Shown here one piece after another: positions 23,412 to 33,815 of a DNA stretch of 33,815 nucleotides; position 1 is the first letter of the stretch, and every line of letters starts with the position of its first letter. The notes under the pieces are model-generated. The model was not told the DNA's origin. It saw only the letters and a program-made list of their open reading frames with translations, and did no database searches. A program made the position numbers and the translations under genes. The stretch is from assembly GCA_002269645.1 (NCBI GenBank), contig NIVC01002586.1, forward strand, positions 1-33,815. The letters run 5' to 3'. The stretch is from Macrostomum lignano. Taxonomy: Eukaryota.

Positions 23412-26400
23412 ATGACTCACCACTGTGTGCTGCTGACAGCTGCTCTTCTGACAGCATGCGTTCACCTCTCTGTGGCTGGAATTTGTGAGTTTTCAGGCAG
23501 GCTGTAGATCAGGCTATAGATCAGGCTGGAGATCAGGCTGTAGATCCGGCTATAGATCAGGCTATAGATCAGGCTGGAGATCAGGCTGTAGATCCGGCTA
23601 TAGATCAGGCTGGAGATCAGGCTGTAGATCAGGCTATAGATCAGACTGGAGATCAGGCTGTAGATCAGGCTATAGATCAGGCTGTAGATCAGACTGTAGA
23701 TCAGACTATAGATCAGGCTATAGATCAGGTTATAGATCAGACTATAGATCAGGCTGTAAATCAGACTGTAGATCAAACTGTAGATCCGGCTATAGATCAG
23801 GCTATAGATCAGGCTGTAGATCAGGATGTATAGATCAGGCTGTAGATCAGACTGTAGATCAAACTGTAGATCAGGCTATAGATCAGGCTGTAGATCAGGC
23901 TGTAGATCAGGCTATAGATCAGGCTATAGATCAGGCTATAGATCAGGCTATAGATCAGGCTGTAGATAAGGCTGTAGATCAGGCTGTATGAATCAGACTG
24001 TAGATCAGGCTATAGATCAGGCTATAAAATCAGGCTGTAGATCAGACTATAGATCAGGCTATAGATCAGGCTATAGATCAGACTATAGATCAGACTATAG
24101 ATCAGGCTATAGATCAGGCTGTAGAACAGGCTATAGATCAGGCTATAGATCAGGCTATAGATCAGGCTATATAGATCAGGCTGTAGATCAGGCTATAGAT
24201 TAGGCTATAGATCAGGCTATAGATCAGGCTATATATCAGGCTATTGATTACGCTACCACCTTCATTCCCTGATTTCAGTTGCCCAGCGCCTTCGCTGCAC
24301 TTTTCAAACCTTTGTTTACGAGCACGAGCACATTCGAGTCCAGCGATGCGAGTTTGGTGAGACCCGATTTGAGCTTTTCCAACTAATCCTAATCTCCATT
24401 CTAGCCAATGTTTCTCAACTGACCATGCACAGCTCCGCAGAGCTGGTGGCAGATGAGCCATCACTGCAAAGATCTCCCAGAGAACCGGCCGTCGCCCATT
24501 AGAATGGAGCTGTCACTCTGCCAGAGCGAGTCGGTCCAGTTGAAGCCCATCGAGCTGGGAGGCGGCTGGAGCGAAAATAGAAAGTTTGTTGTGTGGAATA
24601 ACGGGCATTCAAGTGAGTTCGTTGGTTTCCTGTAAAATTGCTCGGAATGTACTTAAGATCTGACAGTCGAAAGCACCTGTCAGTGCTCAAAAATCACCTG
24701 TCAGTACTCACAAAGCACCTGTCAGTGCTCACAAATCACCTGTCAGTGCTCACAAATCACCTGTCAGTGCTCACAAATCACCTGTCAGTGCTCACAAATC
24801 ACCTGTCAGTGCTCACAAATCACCTGTCAGTGCTCACAAATCACCTGTCAGTACTCACAAATCACCTGTCAGTGCTCACAAAACACCTGTCAGTGCTCAC
24901 AAATCACCTGTCAGTGCTCACAAAGCTACCTGTCAGTGCTCACAAATCACCTGTCAGTGCTCACAAAACACCTGTCAGTGCTCACAAGGCAACTCCCACA
25001 CCATCTACCCTCTCCACAGTCCAAGCAGACGCGGTGGACGGTGCCGACCTGACGGTGACGGGAGGCCACCTGAAAGGCACCTACAGCTGCATCCAGTTCC
25101 ACTTCCACTGGGGCAGCCGGGCCAACATGGAGAAGGGCATCGGCAGCGAGCATCGGCTGGTTGACGCGGCCGGCAAGGAGGTGCCGACGCCTCTGGAGGT
25201 GCACATCGTGTGCAAGCGGCGGGAGCTGAGCGTCAAACAGGCTGTCAGCACCCCAGACGCCATCGCTGTGCTGGGGGGCTTCATCCAGCCCATGAAGGTG
25301 AGGCCCTTGTTGTTGAATTGAGTCAACTGACGGAGCGCCATTTCATTTGAGGGGGCGCCATTTCATTTGAGGGGGCGCCATTTCATTTGTTGGGGGCGCC
25401 ATTTCATTTGAGGAGGCGCCAATTTTATTCGGGGGCGCCATTTCATTTGAGGGGTTCCATTTCATTTGAGGGGGTGCCATTTCATTTGAGGGGGCGCCGT
25501 TTCACTTGAGGGGGCGCCGGTATCCGGGGCTAACTATACATGCACTGCAAGGGGTGTCGCCAGTCGTCATTAAAATTCCTTCATTTCCAGCCCGCAGACA
25601 ACGAGACGTTGGCTGACTATGCTATTTCCGAATTGTTGGCCAACATCACGGGACTGCTGATACCTATGAAGCGCGGACCGCACTCGGGGCGCCAGCTTCG
25701 GGATGAAGGTAATGCCTGTTGGATGAAGCTGATTGGTTAAGTGGCAGCTGAGCAGCTCAGCGCTTTTTGATGAACGACCCATGAGCAGTCCATCTCAAGC
25801 CCTCCCACTTGCCTCTGCAGATGCACCGACAGTGCAGCTGCAGCTCCGCGACCTTCTGCCCGACAACCTCCAGCGGTTCGTGAACTACGATGGAGCCTTC
25901 ACCACCCCTGGCTGCAACCCGGTGGCGCAGTGGCATCTCTTCACCGACATGATGAAGATCCGCAAGGAGCTGGTGAGGGTCTCGCTTTTGAAGCTGTAGA
26001 TCAGGCTAGATCAGGCTGTAGATCAGACTATAGATCAGGCTATAGATCAGGCTATAAATCAGACTTTAGATCAGGCTATAAATCAGACTGTAGATCAGGA
26101 TATAGATCAGGCTATAGATCAGGCTATAGATCAGGCTATAGATCAGGCTTTAGATCAGGCTATAGATCAGGCTATAGATCAGGCTGTAGATCAGGCTATA
26201 GATCAGACTATAGATCAGGCTATAGATCAGGCTATAGATCATGTTATACATGTAGATCAGACTATAGATGAGGCTCACATCAACCCCCGCACCTCTCCAG
26301 CTGCTGCAATTCACAACGGTCTTCTTCGACAGAGCCAAAACTCACCCGATGGTGAACAATTTCCGCCCCGTGATGAGCCGGCACGGCCGAGAGATTCGCT

Positions 26401-26420
26401 GCAGCTTCGGCAGCAGTTAG
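23412..26420 (+). CDS. CA-B: secreted alpha-carbonic anhydrase, 332 aa; exons 23412-23484, 24279-24356, 24433-24612, 25020-25297, 25591-25708, 25821-25972, 26301-26420
   Basis: It has the same exon number, intron phases and motifs as CA-A, with signal-like MTHHCVLLTAALLTACVHLSVAG. The spliced CDS is 999 nt and open. Confidence 0.92.
23498..24245. repeat. 10-nt minisatellite (TAGATCAGGC), CA-B intron 1
   Basis: Tandem copies read directly; same unit as the intron-6 arrays. Confidence 0.93.
24672..24988. repeat. 21-nt minisatellite (AAATCACCTGTCAGTGCTCAC), CA-B intron 3
   Basis: Tandem copies read directly. Confidence 0.93.
25335..25520. repeat. 20-nt minisatellite (GAGGGGGCGCCATTTCATTT), CA-B intron 4
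   Basis: About 9 copies; absent from CA-A intron 4. Confidence 0.9.
25995..26272. repeat. 10-nt minisatellite (TAGATCAGGC), CA-B intron 6
   Basis: Tandem copies read directly. Confidence 0.93.
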
Positions 26421-29400
26421 AAGCGGCTGCAGATTGGGGCCTCAAAATTCAATTCCTGTGCTTCGAGGTTTTCTATTTACACTAAAATATTTCCTAATTC
26501 AACTGTTTGCTTTCGTTAATTTTGACTGAACTACAAGTCATATTAAAATATTTAACTACTAGCACAAATCGTTTATAATATAAAATTGCGCGAAAAATAA
26601 AAAATTTCGGTATTTATACAAAGAATAAAAAATTTTGGTTGCGCGGGTAGCTAATGTTAATTTTGTGGATTCAACAAACATATAGCTTTGATTTTTCATG
26701 TACGCATGCAATGCGCATATCATGGATGTAAAATATGAAAGCTTCGGAAGAGAAATCATACAAGAAAATAGCTGCATGCATGTACGATCATTCAAAAAGA
26801 ATAGGGAACTCGATTCTATAATTTGTTGATCAATGCTAAGGCACTGCATAAACGTATCGACTTTTTTGGATCTGAAAACAGAAAAAATATTGATTTTGTT
26901 AATCTGTGGTCCCTACTTTACTGACCCATTTTTAAGAAGCACGGCCGCCTCACGGAAGGTTGTTGACAAATAGTAAGAAAGATGTGTAGCCTGCACTTCA
27001 ATCAATGCTTACGTTAGTGTACCGGCTCTTCAAGACACTATACTTAGTGCGTATTATTTTTTAGAGGACTGAAGCAAACGGCGTCCTGTTGTTAACGATC
27101 AGGGTGCCTACTAGCAGGGCAGGTACATAAGAGCGCGGATCAGTCCTCCTGTTTTGTACTAAAGGAAGTGAGTAGAATGTATACATGTAGCAATAAAAAC
27201 AACCAGCAGAATCAAACGTACATGGACTATATATACTGTATTAAGTACGAGCAACGCGAAGGAAGCATCCTATTAAAGGCATTACGAGTTTTCACGAGTT
27301 TCACACGTAACAAACTCGTAAACACATCGGACACTTTTTCACGTGTTTTTCACGAGTTTTTTTCACGAGTAAATCACGTAATTTTCACGTAAAATCACGT
27401 ACGTAATTTTGTCAAGCGGGCTGGTGGGTCCTCGAGGAGCATAAACTCCGCGGCCACCTGAACCTTGGAACCGCCATTTTCATAGCACAAAGCTTGGGTT
27501 GCATCACAAAGATAGCAGTAACTAGCAATCTAGTGCCCCCCTTCGGGGCGCGCAATAAGCAAGGATCCATTAATCAGGGTCCACAAGTTGGGCTGCAGCT
27601 GTGAGAGATCAATTGCGTCACGCACAGCTCCACAAACAGGTAGGTGAGAGCAAAATATGCGCCCGTGCCACCGAAAACGTACTACATCTCCAAAGCCTAT
27701 TGGATCCCGAATTCCCGGTGGGCTACACTTGGCAGGGTTCCTGGAGCAAGAGGCGTGATCAGGTGGTCCGTTAACACGTACGGTAAGTCTGAACTAAAAT
27801 ATCAGAATCAGGGTTTTTAGCTTTTTAAGTTGAAAACAGTGTCGAATAGCATAACTATACTACCTCTTTTAATCATTTCTAGCTAGTACACGCAAAGTTC
27901 TAGAAGATTCTTTATATTATTTTGTTTCACCCTTTTGATTTCTAATAAAATTCAGCAGCCAGTTTGAACTCACTAAATTCTTTTCAAAATTTATGTTCGC
28001 TTTTAAAATTAAATATTGCTCAAAGCAAAGCTCATCTATAGACTATATATATAATATATCCCATAGGCATAGACATATAGGCTTTTCATATGACCGATTC
28101 CAGAACCAGAATCTGTTACGTTCCGTTCCGTTGTCTGTTCCGTTTTCAGAATCGGTTCCAGAACCGTGATCCGATTCTGGAATTTGGATCGAGAAATTTT
28201 CTCGATCCGTTGTCATGTTTACACTTTAACAGTAAAATATATTTGAAATCGTCAATTTTTTATTATTGGTATATAATTATTTTGTTTTTTTTGTCATATC
28301 CTAGAGGAAACAAAGTCAAGCAAGGATAGGCATCATAGGCCTAGACAAAATTAAATTGTAAGTAAAGACTGACAAACATAAAATGGCTTCGAAGCTTTTC
28401 ATTTTCCTAGGGGCCTTCCAATTCTCGTTCTAGAACCGATATTCGTGAAAAGCCGAATAGGCCATATATTATACGTATATACCTGTATCTTAATCTTACC
28501 TTATCTCAATATTTACCATGACCATGTGATCGACATTGTTGTAGACCTATGAGTAAAATGATGACACCTTTCTTTCAAGGTGTCTACTTGACCTATCTAG
28601 TCAAGTCAAGTTACTCAACTTACTCATAGGCCTATAATAAAAAGTTATAGTAATTTTAGTGTCATTTTTGATCATTGCATACATAATAGAATGCCATTTT
28701 CCCATCCATGACCATGGGCATAAAGCATTGCGATCATTTTTGCAAAAGTTCCTATTTTCCAAGGTCTGGATCATTAGTAGTAGGCCTAAATGCAAAACAA
28801 AAACCCTAACTTGGCAAAAGCCTAAATGTATGCCAGTATACACTAGGCCTATATACCAAAAATATAAATTTTTCCTAATTATATTAGTAAAATAGGCTAT
28901 GTAGCGAAATTTATCCAAACTTTGTTTATTTTTGTTAAATGCCAAGAAAAAAGTAGCATGATTTGGCCTTAGGCCCCAATAAAGAATTTGTAGGTATATG
29001 TCAATATGCATATGCCAACTTTTAATAATCAACATTGTTTTAATTAGGGGTTGGACGTGATCACGATTTCGTAAATTCATGACCATTTTTTCATGATTGT
29101 TATTTTTTTGACACCTGTTTACGATAGTCGTGAATTTCCACTTTATTACATTTTTATTAGAAGTATAACTTTTCTACTTGGTTTACCAAAATATGTGAAC
29201 ACAAATGTGTAAAAGAGTAATAAATTTTAAATTTGTTGACTTGACAGCATTACCAAGTAGCTATTATCAATTTATAAATATTTCTTATCTTGTTTTGTTA
29301 TTTTCAACACTTGTAACTTACGAGCTCAAAATACGTGTATGCAAATATAAATTCACGATCACAATCACGATCACGCCTGACTTTAAAAATTTCACAAAAT

Positions 29401-29662
29401 TTCATGCCCAACCAAAATTTTATACTTGTCCGACCTCTAGTTTTAATGCATAGAATAGATACAATGAGTACCAATCATTTCAATGACAAGTTATTTTGGT
29501 GACAAACATTTCAGTGACAAATAGTCATTTGGTAACAAGTTGCTATTGTAATAGATAGACCTCATTTTTATGAAAAATTAATGATTTCATTCACGATTAT
29601 TATCATTTTAATGATAAAAGGTACTTAGACCTAGCTTGTAGTTATTTTGTTAAGATTTATGT

Positions 29663-29695
<33 letters not shown>

Positions 29696-30646
29696 ATTTC
29701 ATTGAAAGATTGCTATACATGTGTTTAAGAAAAGAAATCAAATGTTTCTTCTTGTCCAGTCTAGATTGTTTTGAATTGTCCTAGAGTATTCAGACACAAA
29801 CTGTAAACTTATATAAAAAATCCTCATGAAATTCCAACTATGAGAAAAGCAAAGAAAAAGCCAAAGATATTCACTAGATGCTGCATGTTTAGATTGGAAA
29901 ACAATTTAAAAGACCACAACTCTAATTGTAAATAAACAAAATTAATTAAAGCAATACTTAACTGTTTCAAAAAATTATAAAACTTTAAGTTCAATATCCT
30001 TTAAGATTTGCAAGGTAATTTTCTATTTAAAAACAGTGGCTATCACTAAAAGGATATTTTTCTTATCACTGAAAAGACTTACCAAAATGTCTAATTACCT
30101 AAATGACTTTAATCTGATACAATTATATATTAGCAAGTAGTTTTTTGCATTGGAAATAATATGGCTATCAGTAGGCCTATTATATTAGAAAGCATCATTT
30201 TAAAGTTTAAATAATGCTTTTGCAAAAGAAAAGCAAATAGATTGCAAATTTTGCTAGCCCTTATTTAAAGAGATATATATTTTTTCATTTTTTTTTATTT
30301 ATATTAAAAAGAAACTACCTACTATTATATTTGATAGGCCTACCTTTTGTTATATTCCTTTAAATTTATTATGGTTTCAGTTTTCTAGAAGCATCTATTC
30401 TCCTCATTTTTTGTTTAATTCTACAAAGTTAGGACAAAATATAAAAACTTTGAATAAGTAATTTTTTATATTTGCATGATTTAAAGAAATAGGCCTAGGC
30501 CCTCATTAGAAAGTAGCATTTGTCTGCTTTTTAGTTTATATTGTGGCTTTTTAATATTATTTCTTGTTTGTATTTTATTGAGTTTTTTAAGCTAATACTA
30601 TTTCTAATACTGTTTTCACATTCTTAATTCTTTTACCTTGCATATA

Positions 30647-31632
30647 CAAGGGGTGTCCAAAAAGTAGTGATACTTTTAACCGTAGCTCTTGTTATATAGC
30701 TTCCTGTGATTTAAAATTTTATGAACTAATAGCGGAAAATCTCTTCTACAGACTGCTTTTTGAATTTTTAAAATTGATCCCAGAGAACAAAAGTTATACC
30801 CATGAAAGTAACAGTACCTGTACCATAGAGTTACACAGATTATAGGCTGAGCTTCACGAGATCCATGCCGAGTAAGCTTCGATGAATTGTTGATTTCGGC
30901 TTGTCCAACCTGTCAGCGATCTCTCTAATGGTCATTCGGGAGTCCTCGTCAAGAAGATTCAGAATGGAGTCCGCCAGTACATCAGGTCGATGAACGTATG
31001 GCCGCCCCGTCCAATGCTGATCTGCCAAGTCAGTCCTTCCCTTGCTGAACTGCTCCATCCATCGATAAACTCATGTCATTTTGCTGACTGCAGAGAATCC
31101 GTGCGCAGAGCAAAGTTTTGCGTGAATTTCTGAGGCACTATGGCCAGCACCCAAAGAGTGAAGATAGTACTTTGCTGAGCAACAACTGAGTGCACATCCA
31201 TGTGTGTTATCGAGTATGGGCAATGAAATCAATTGCAAAATGCAAGCTCCTCTGTTTGCAAGTAAAGTAATGAATTTAATGCTTTATTTTTCTGCGCATG
31301 ATTCTGTCCATAGACAAATTTCAGTCAGTCGCAGTGAGCATCATTTTGCAATTGGGCTTTGGTATTGCTTAAACAAGACATTTATCGATGCCTTCTTAAT
31401 GAATGAGTGCAGAAGTCGACTATCATAAATTTTGATATAATCTGTGTAACTCTATGGTACAGGTACTGTTACTTTCGTGGTATAACTTTTGTTCTCTGGT
31501 ATCAATTTTAAAAATTCAAAAAGCAGTCTGTAGAAGAGATTTGCCGCTATCAGTTCATAAAATTTTAAATCACAGGAAGCTATATAACAAGAGCTACGGT
31601 TAAAAGTATCACTACTTTTTGGACACCCCTCG
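30647..31632 (-). mobile_element. Non-autonomous Tc1/mariner derivative with ~198-bp terminal inverted repeats and a TA target-site duplication
   Basis: 30647-30844 is the near-perfect reverse complement of 31436-31632. The ends read C(A/G)AGGGGTGTCCAAAAAGTAG, with TA at 30645-46 and 31633-34. Confidence 0.92.
30845..31201 (-). pseudogene. N-terminal (paired HTH) fragment of a mariner transposase, with a frameshift and a stop
   Basis: The minus strand reads MDVHSVVAQQSTIFTLW / AGHSASEIHAKLCSAHGFSAVSKMT*VYRWMEQFSKGRTDLADQHWTGRP...MTIREIADRLDKPKSTIHRSL. It stops at the inverted repeat, with no WVP linker and no DDD domain. Confidence 0.85.
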
Positions 31633-32465
31633 TAACTTATAAGACTTGTTATAATAAGCCTATGCCAATATAATACAAAATTAGCCAGTTTTAACCTAAT
31701 ATGATAGTGAAGAGAAAGTAAAAGAAAATAAAAAGATATTTTTAAGCACCTAAGAGATATAAAGAGGGGCAGAGGTCAGAGGCTAAAGTTTGCCAATATA
31801 TATATTAAATAGGCCTACTTTAGATAGATATTGCCCATCATTTCATGTGGCACCCCAACCAATATCAATGCTTGCTTCAAATATGTGAATCTAGGGCTAT
31901 CAGCTAAAAAGCTTATGAAATTTCTACAGTCTCTTGCAAATTGGTAATGGTTAACTAGAGATCAATCCTAAGAATAGGCTTTTGTCAGTTGCTACTATTA
32001 GAGCTAAAGGCTAATGCTTACCTAAAACTATCACATGGATTTTCTAATATCAACTGGCTATTAGAGAGACAGCCATTTTGTCTCCCAATAAATGTTTTCA
32101 TTAGAAAGACTATAGAATATTATTATAAAGGTATAGAAATTTGAATTTAATACTAAAAGAACTAGAATTATCATGTCTATATTTAAATGTTTAACAACTT
32201 TCTCTGAAAAAATATTATATTTAATATCTTGGTCTTAATTTTGGTGCCATTTTTATCCTATTTTGAAACCCTGAAGTTAAATGGTCTTCAAATTCAGGAT
32301 GCCAAAATTAAAATATTAATTCATCATAATATTCTAACACAAAAATCTAAACTTCTTGCATGCTTTTTTATATCATAAATTTGGCGCAATTGTACTACTA
32401 AGCAAGTAGTAGTTAGTAGTTTTTAATAAGGGTGATTCTCTAGACCACACTAAGGCCAACTTAAG

Positions 32466-33799
32466 ATGGACTCGAACAGAAGCAGCAACATCAGTAACAG
32501 TGGTTGTCCAACTGCATTAGCTAATCATCTACAGTCGCATTCATTTGCACCTACTAATAGTAGTGTCGTTAGTAGTAGCAATAGCAGTAGCAATAGCGGC
32601 AGTAGTCACGCAGCTGAAATGCTTAGCAAAATGAACGAACTGCGCAAGCGTGACTGTCTGTGCGACGTTGACCTGCTAGTTGAAGACGAAGTCTTTCCCG
32701 CTCATAGGATTGTGCTGGCCTCGTGCTCGGATTACTTCTGCGCCATGTTTACTGGAGGGGTGAGTCTGTGTCAGATATGCTGGCTGACAGTAGCGTCTGT
32801 GTCAGATATGCTCACTGACAATAGGAGTCTGTCAGATATGCTCACTGACAGTAGCGTCTGTGTCAGATATGATGGCTGACAGTAGCGTCTGTGTCAGATA
32901 TGCTCACTGACAGTAAGAGTCTGTCAGATATGCTCACTGACAGTAGGAGTCTGTGTCAGATATGCTCACTGACAGTAAAAGTCTGTCAGATATGCTCACT
33001 GACAGTAAGAGTCTGTCAGATATGCTCACTGACAATAAGAGTCTGTGTCAGATATGCTCACTGACAGTAGGAGTCTGTGTCAGATATGCTCACTGACAGT
33101 AAGAGTCTGTGTCAGATATGCTCACTGACAGTAGGAGTCTGTGTCAGATATGCTTACTGACAGTAAGAGTCTGTGTCAGATATGCTTGCTGACAGTAAGA
33201 GTCTGTGTCAGATATGCTTGCTGACAGTAAGAGTCTGTGTCAGATATGCTCACTGACAGTAGGAGTCTGTGTCAGATATGCTTACTGACAGTAAGAGTCT
33301 GTGTCAGATATGCTTGCTGACAGTAAGAGTCTGTGTCAGATATGCTCACTGACAGTAGGAGTCTGTGTCAGATATGCTTACTGACAGTAAGAGTCTGTGT
33401 CAGATATGCTTGCTGACAGTAAGAGTCTGTGTCAGATATGCTCACTGACAGTAGGAGTCTGTGTCAGATATGCTTACTGACAGTAAGAGTCTGTGTCAGA
33501 TATGCTCACGGACAGTAGGAGGGAAATATAGGGGCCTGTGCCAGATGCTTACAGTATGAATCAGTCAGCGATCTCAATCAGAAATGTCCCAGTATTATAA
33601 TAGGCTTTCTAATCCAGACTTTCACTTTCAATCCATGTCCCGCAGATGGAGGAAAGCGACAAGTCTTCAGTTGAAATTAAAGGTGTCAAAGCTGACGTAA
33701 TGAGCGAATTATTGAATTTTGTTTATACGGAGTCTGTTGCGGTGTGCATGGACAACGTACAAGACTTGCTACCGGCCGCCTCGCTGCTGCAATTAGAAG
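32466..33799 (+). CDS. Kelch-like BTB protein (KLHL12-like), first two coding exons 32466-32759 and 33646-33799; continues beyond the window
   Basis: The BTB signature is HA..ML..MNELRK...LCDV.L.V....[20 protein letters not shown], spliced to [28 protein letters not shown]. This is closest to KLHL12 as I recall it, but the BACK and Kelch parts are outside the window. Splice sites are GTGAGT..CAG, then GTATGT at 33800. Confidence 0.88.
32765..33518. repeat. 30-32-nt minisatellite (GTCAGATATGCTCACTGACAGTAGGAGTCTGT), kelch-like gene intron
   Basis: Tandem copies read directly; each unit contains a GTCAG..CTGAC inverted pentamer. Confidence 0.93.
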
Positions 33800-33815
33800 G
33801 TATGTATAGAATTTT

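Noticed and set aside
22439-24464. Overlapping repetitive ORFs (GAPWCWRPLVLAPL, RSGY, DQAI)
   Set aside because: They are translations of the 16-nt and 10-nt tandem arrays.
27283-27400. Degenerate TTTTCACG(A/T)G repeats containing CACGTG/CACGAG boxes
   Set aside because: This is a short low-complexity run with irregular period, and a regulatory role cannot be supported from sequence.
28000-30640. AT-rich ORFs (e.g. 28601..29086)
   Set aside because: The composition is biased toward I/F/K/Y as in random AT-rich DNA, with no recognisable homology.

Overview
This is eukaryotic genomic DNA: spliced genes with GT-AG introns, GC-rich exons, and AT-rich or minisatellite-filled introns. It looks like an invertebrate, possibly a flatworm, but that assignment is only an inference. 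All eight gene models lie on the + strand, in this order: an intronless zinc-finger/coiled-coil/NHL gene carrying a stop and a frameshift (NHL-1); SEH1 nucleoporin (4 coding exons); a compact CCDC174 homologue (2 exons); an intact intronless paralogue (NHL-2); secreted alpha-carbonic anhydrase CA-A (7 exons); a 5'-truncated paralogue (NHL-3); carbonic anhydrase CA-B (7 exons); and the first two coding exons of a KLHL12-like BTB gene. Also present are a non-autonomous mariner derivative with ~198-bp inverted repeats, two related foldback-like elements, and many mini- and microsatellites that account for most long ORFs in the track. The most notable signal is the tandem [NHL + CA] x2 cassette, in which blocks of apparently 100% identity alternate with strongly diverged blocks. 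The identical blocks are the CA catalytic exons 4 and 6 and a 446-bp NHL coiled-coil segment. The diverged blocks are CA exons 1, 2, 3 and 5 and recurring NHL loop positions. All alignments were done by eye.
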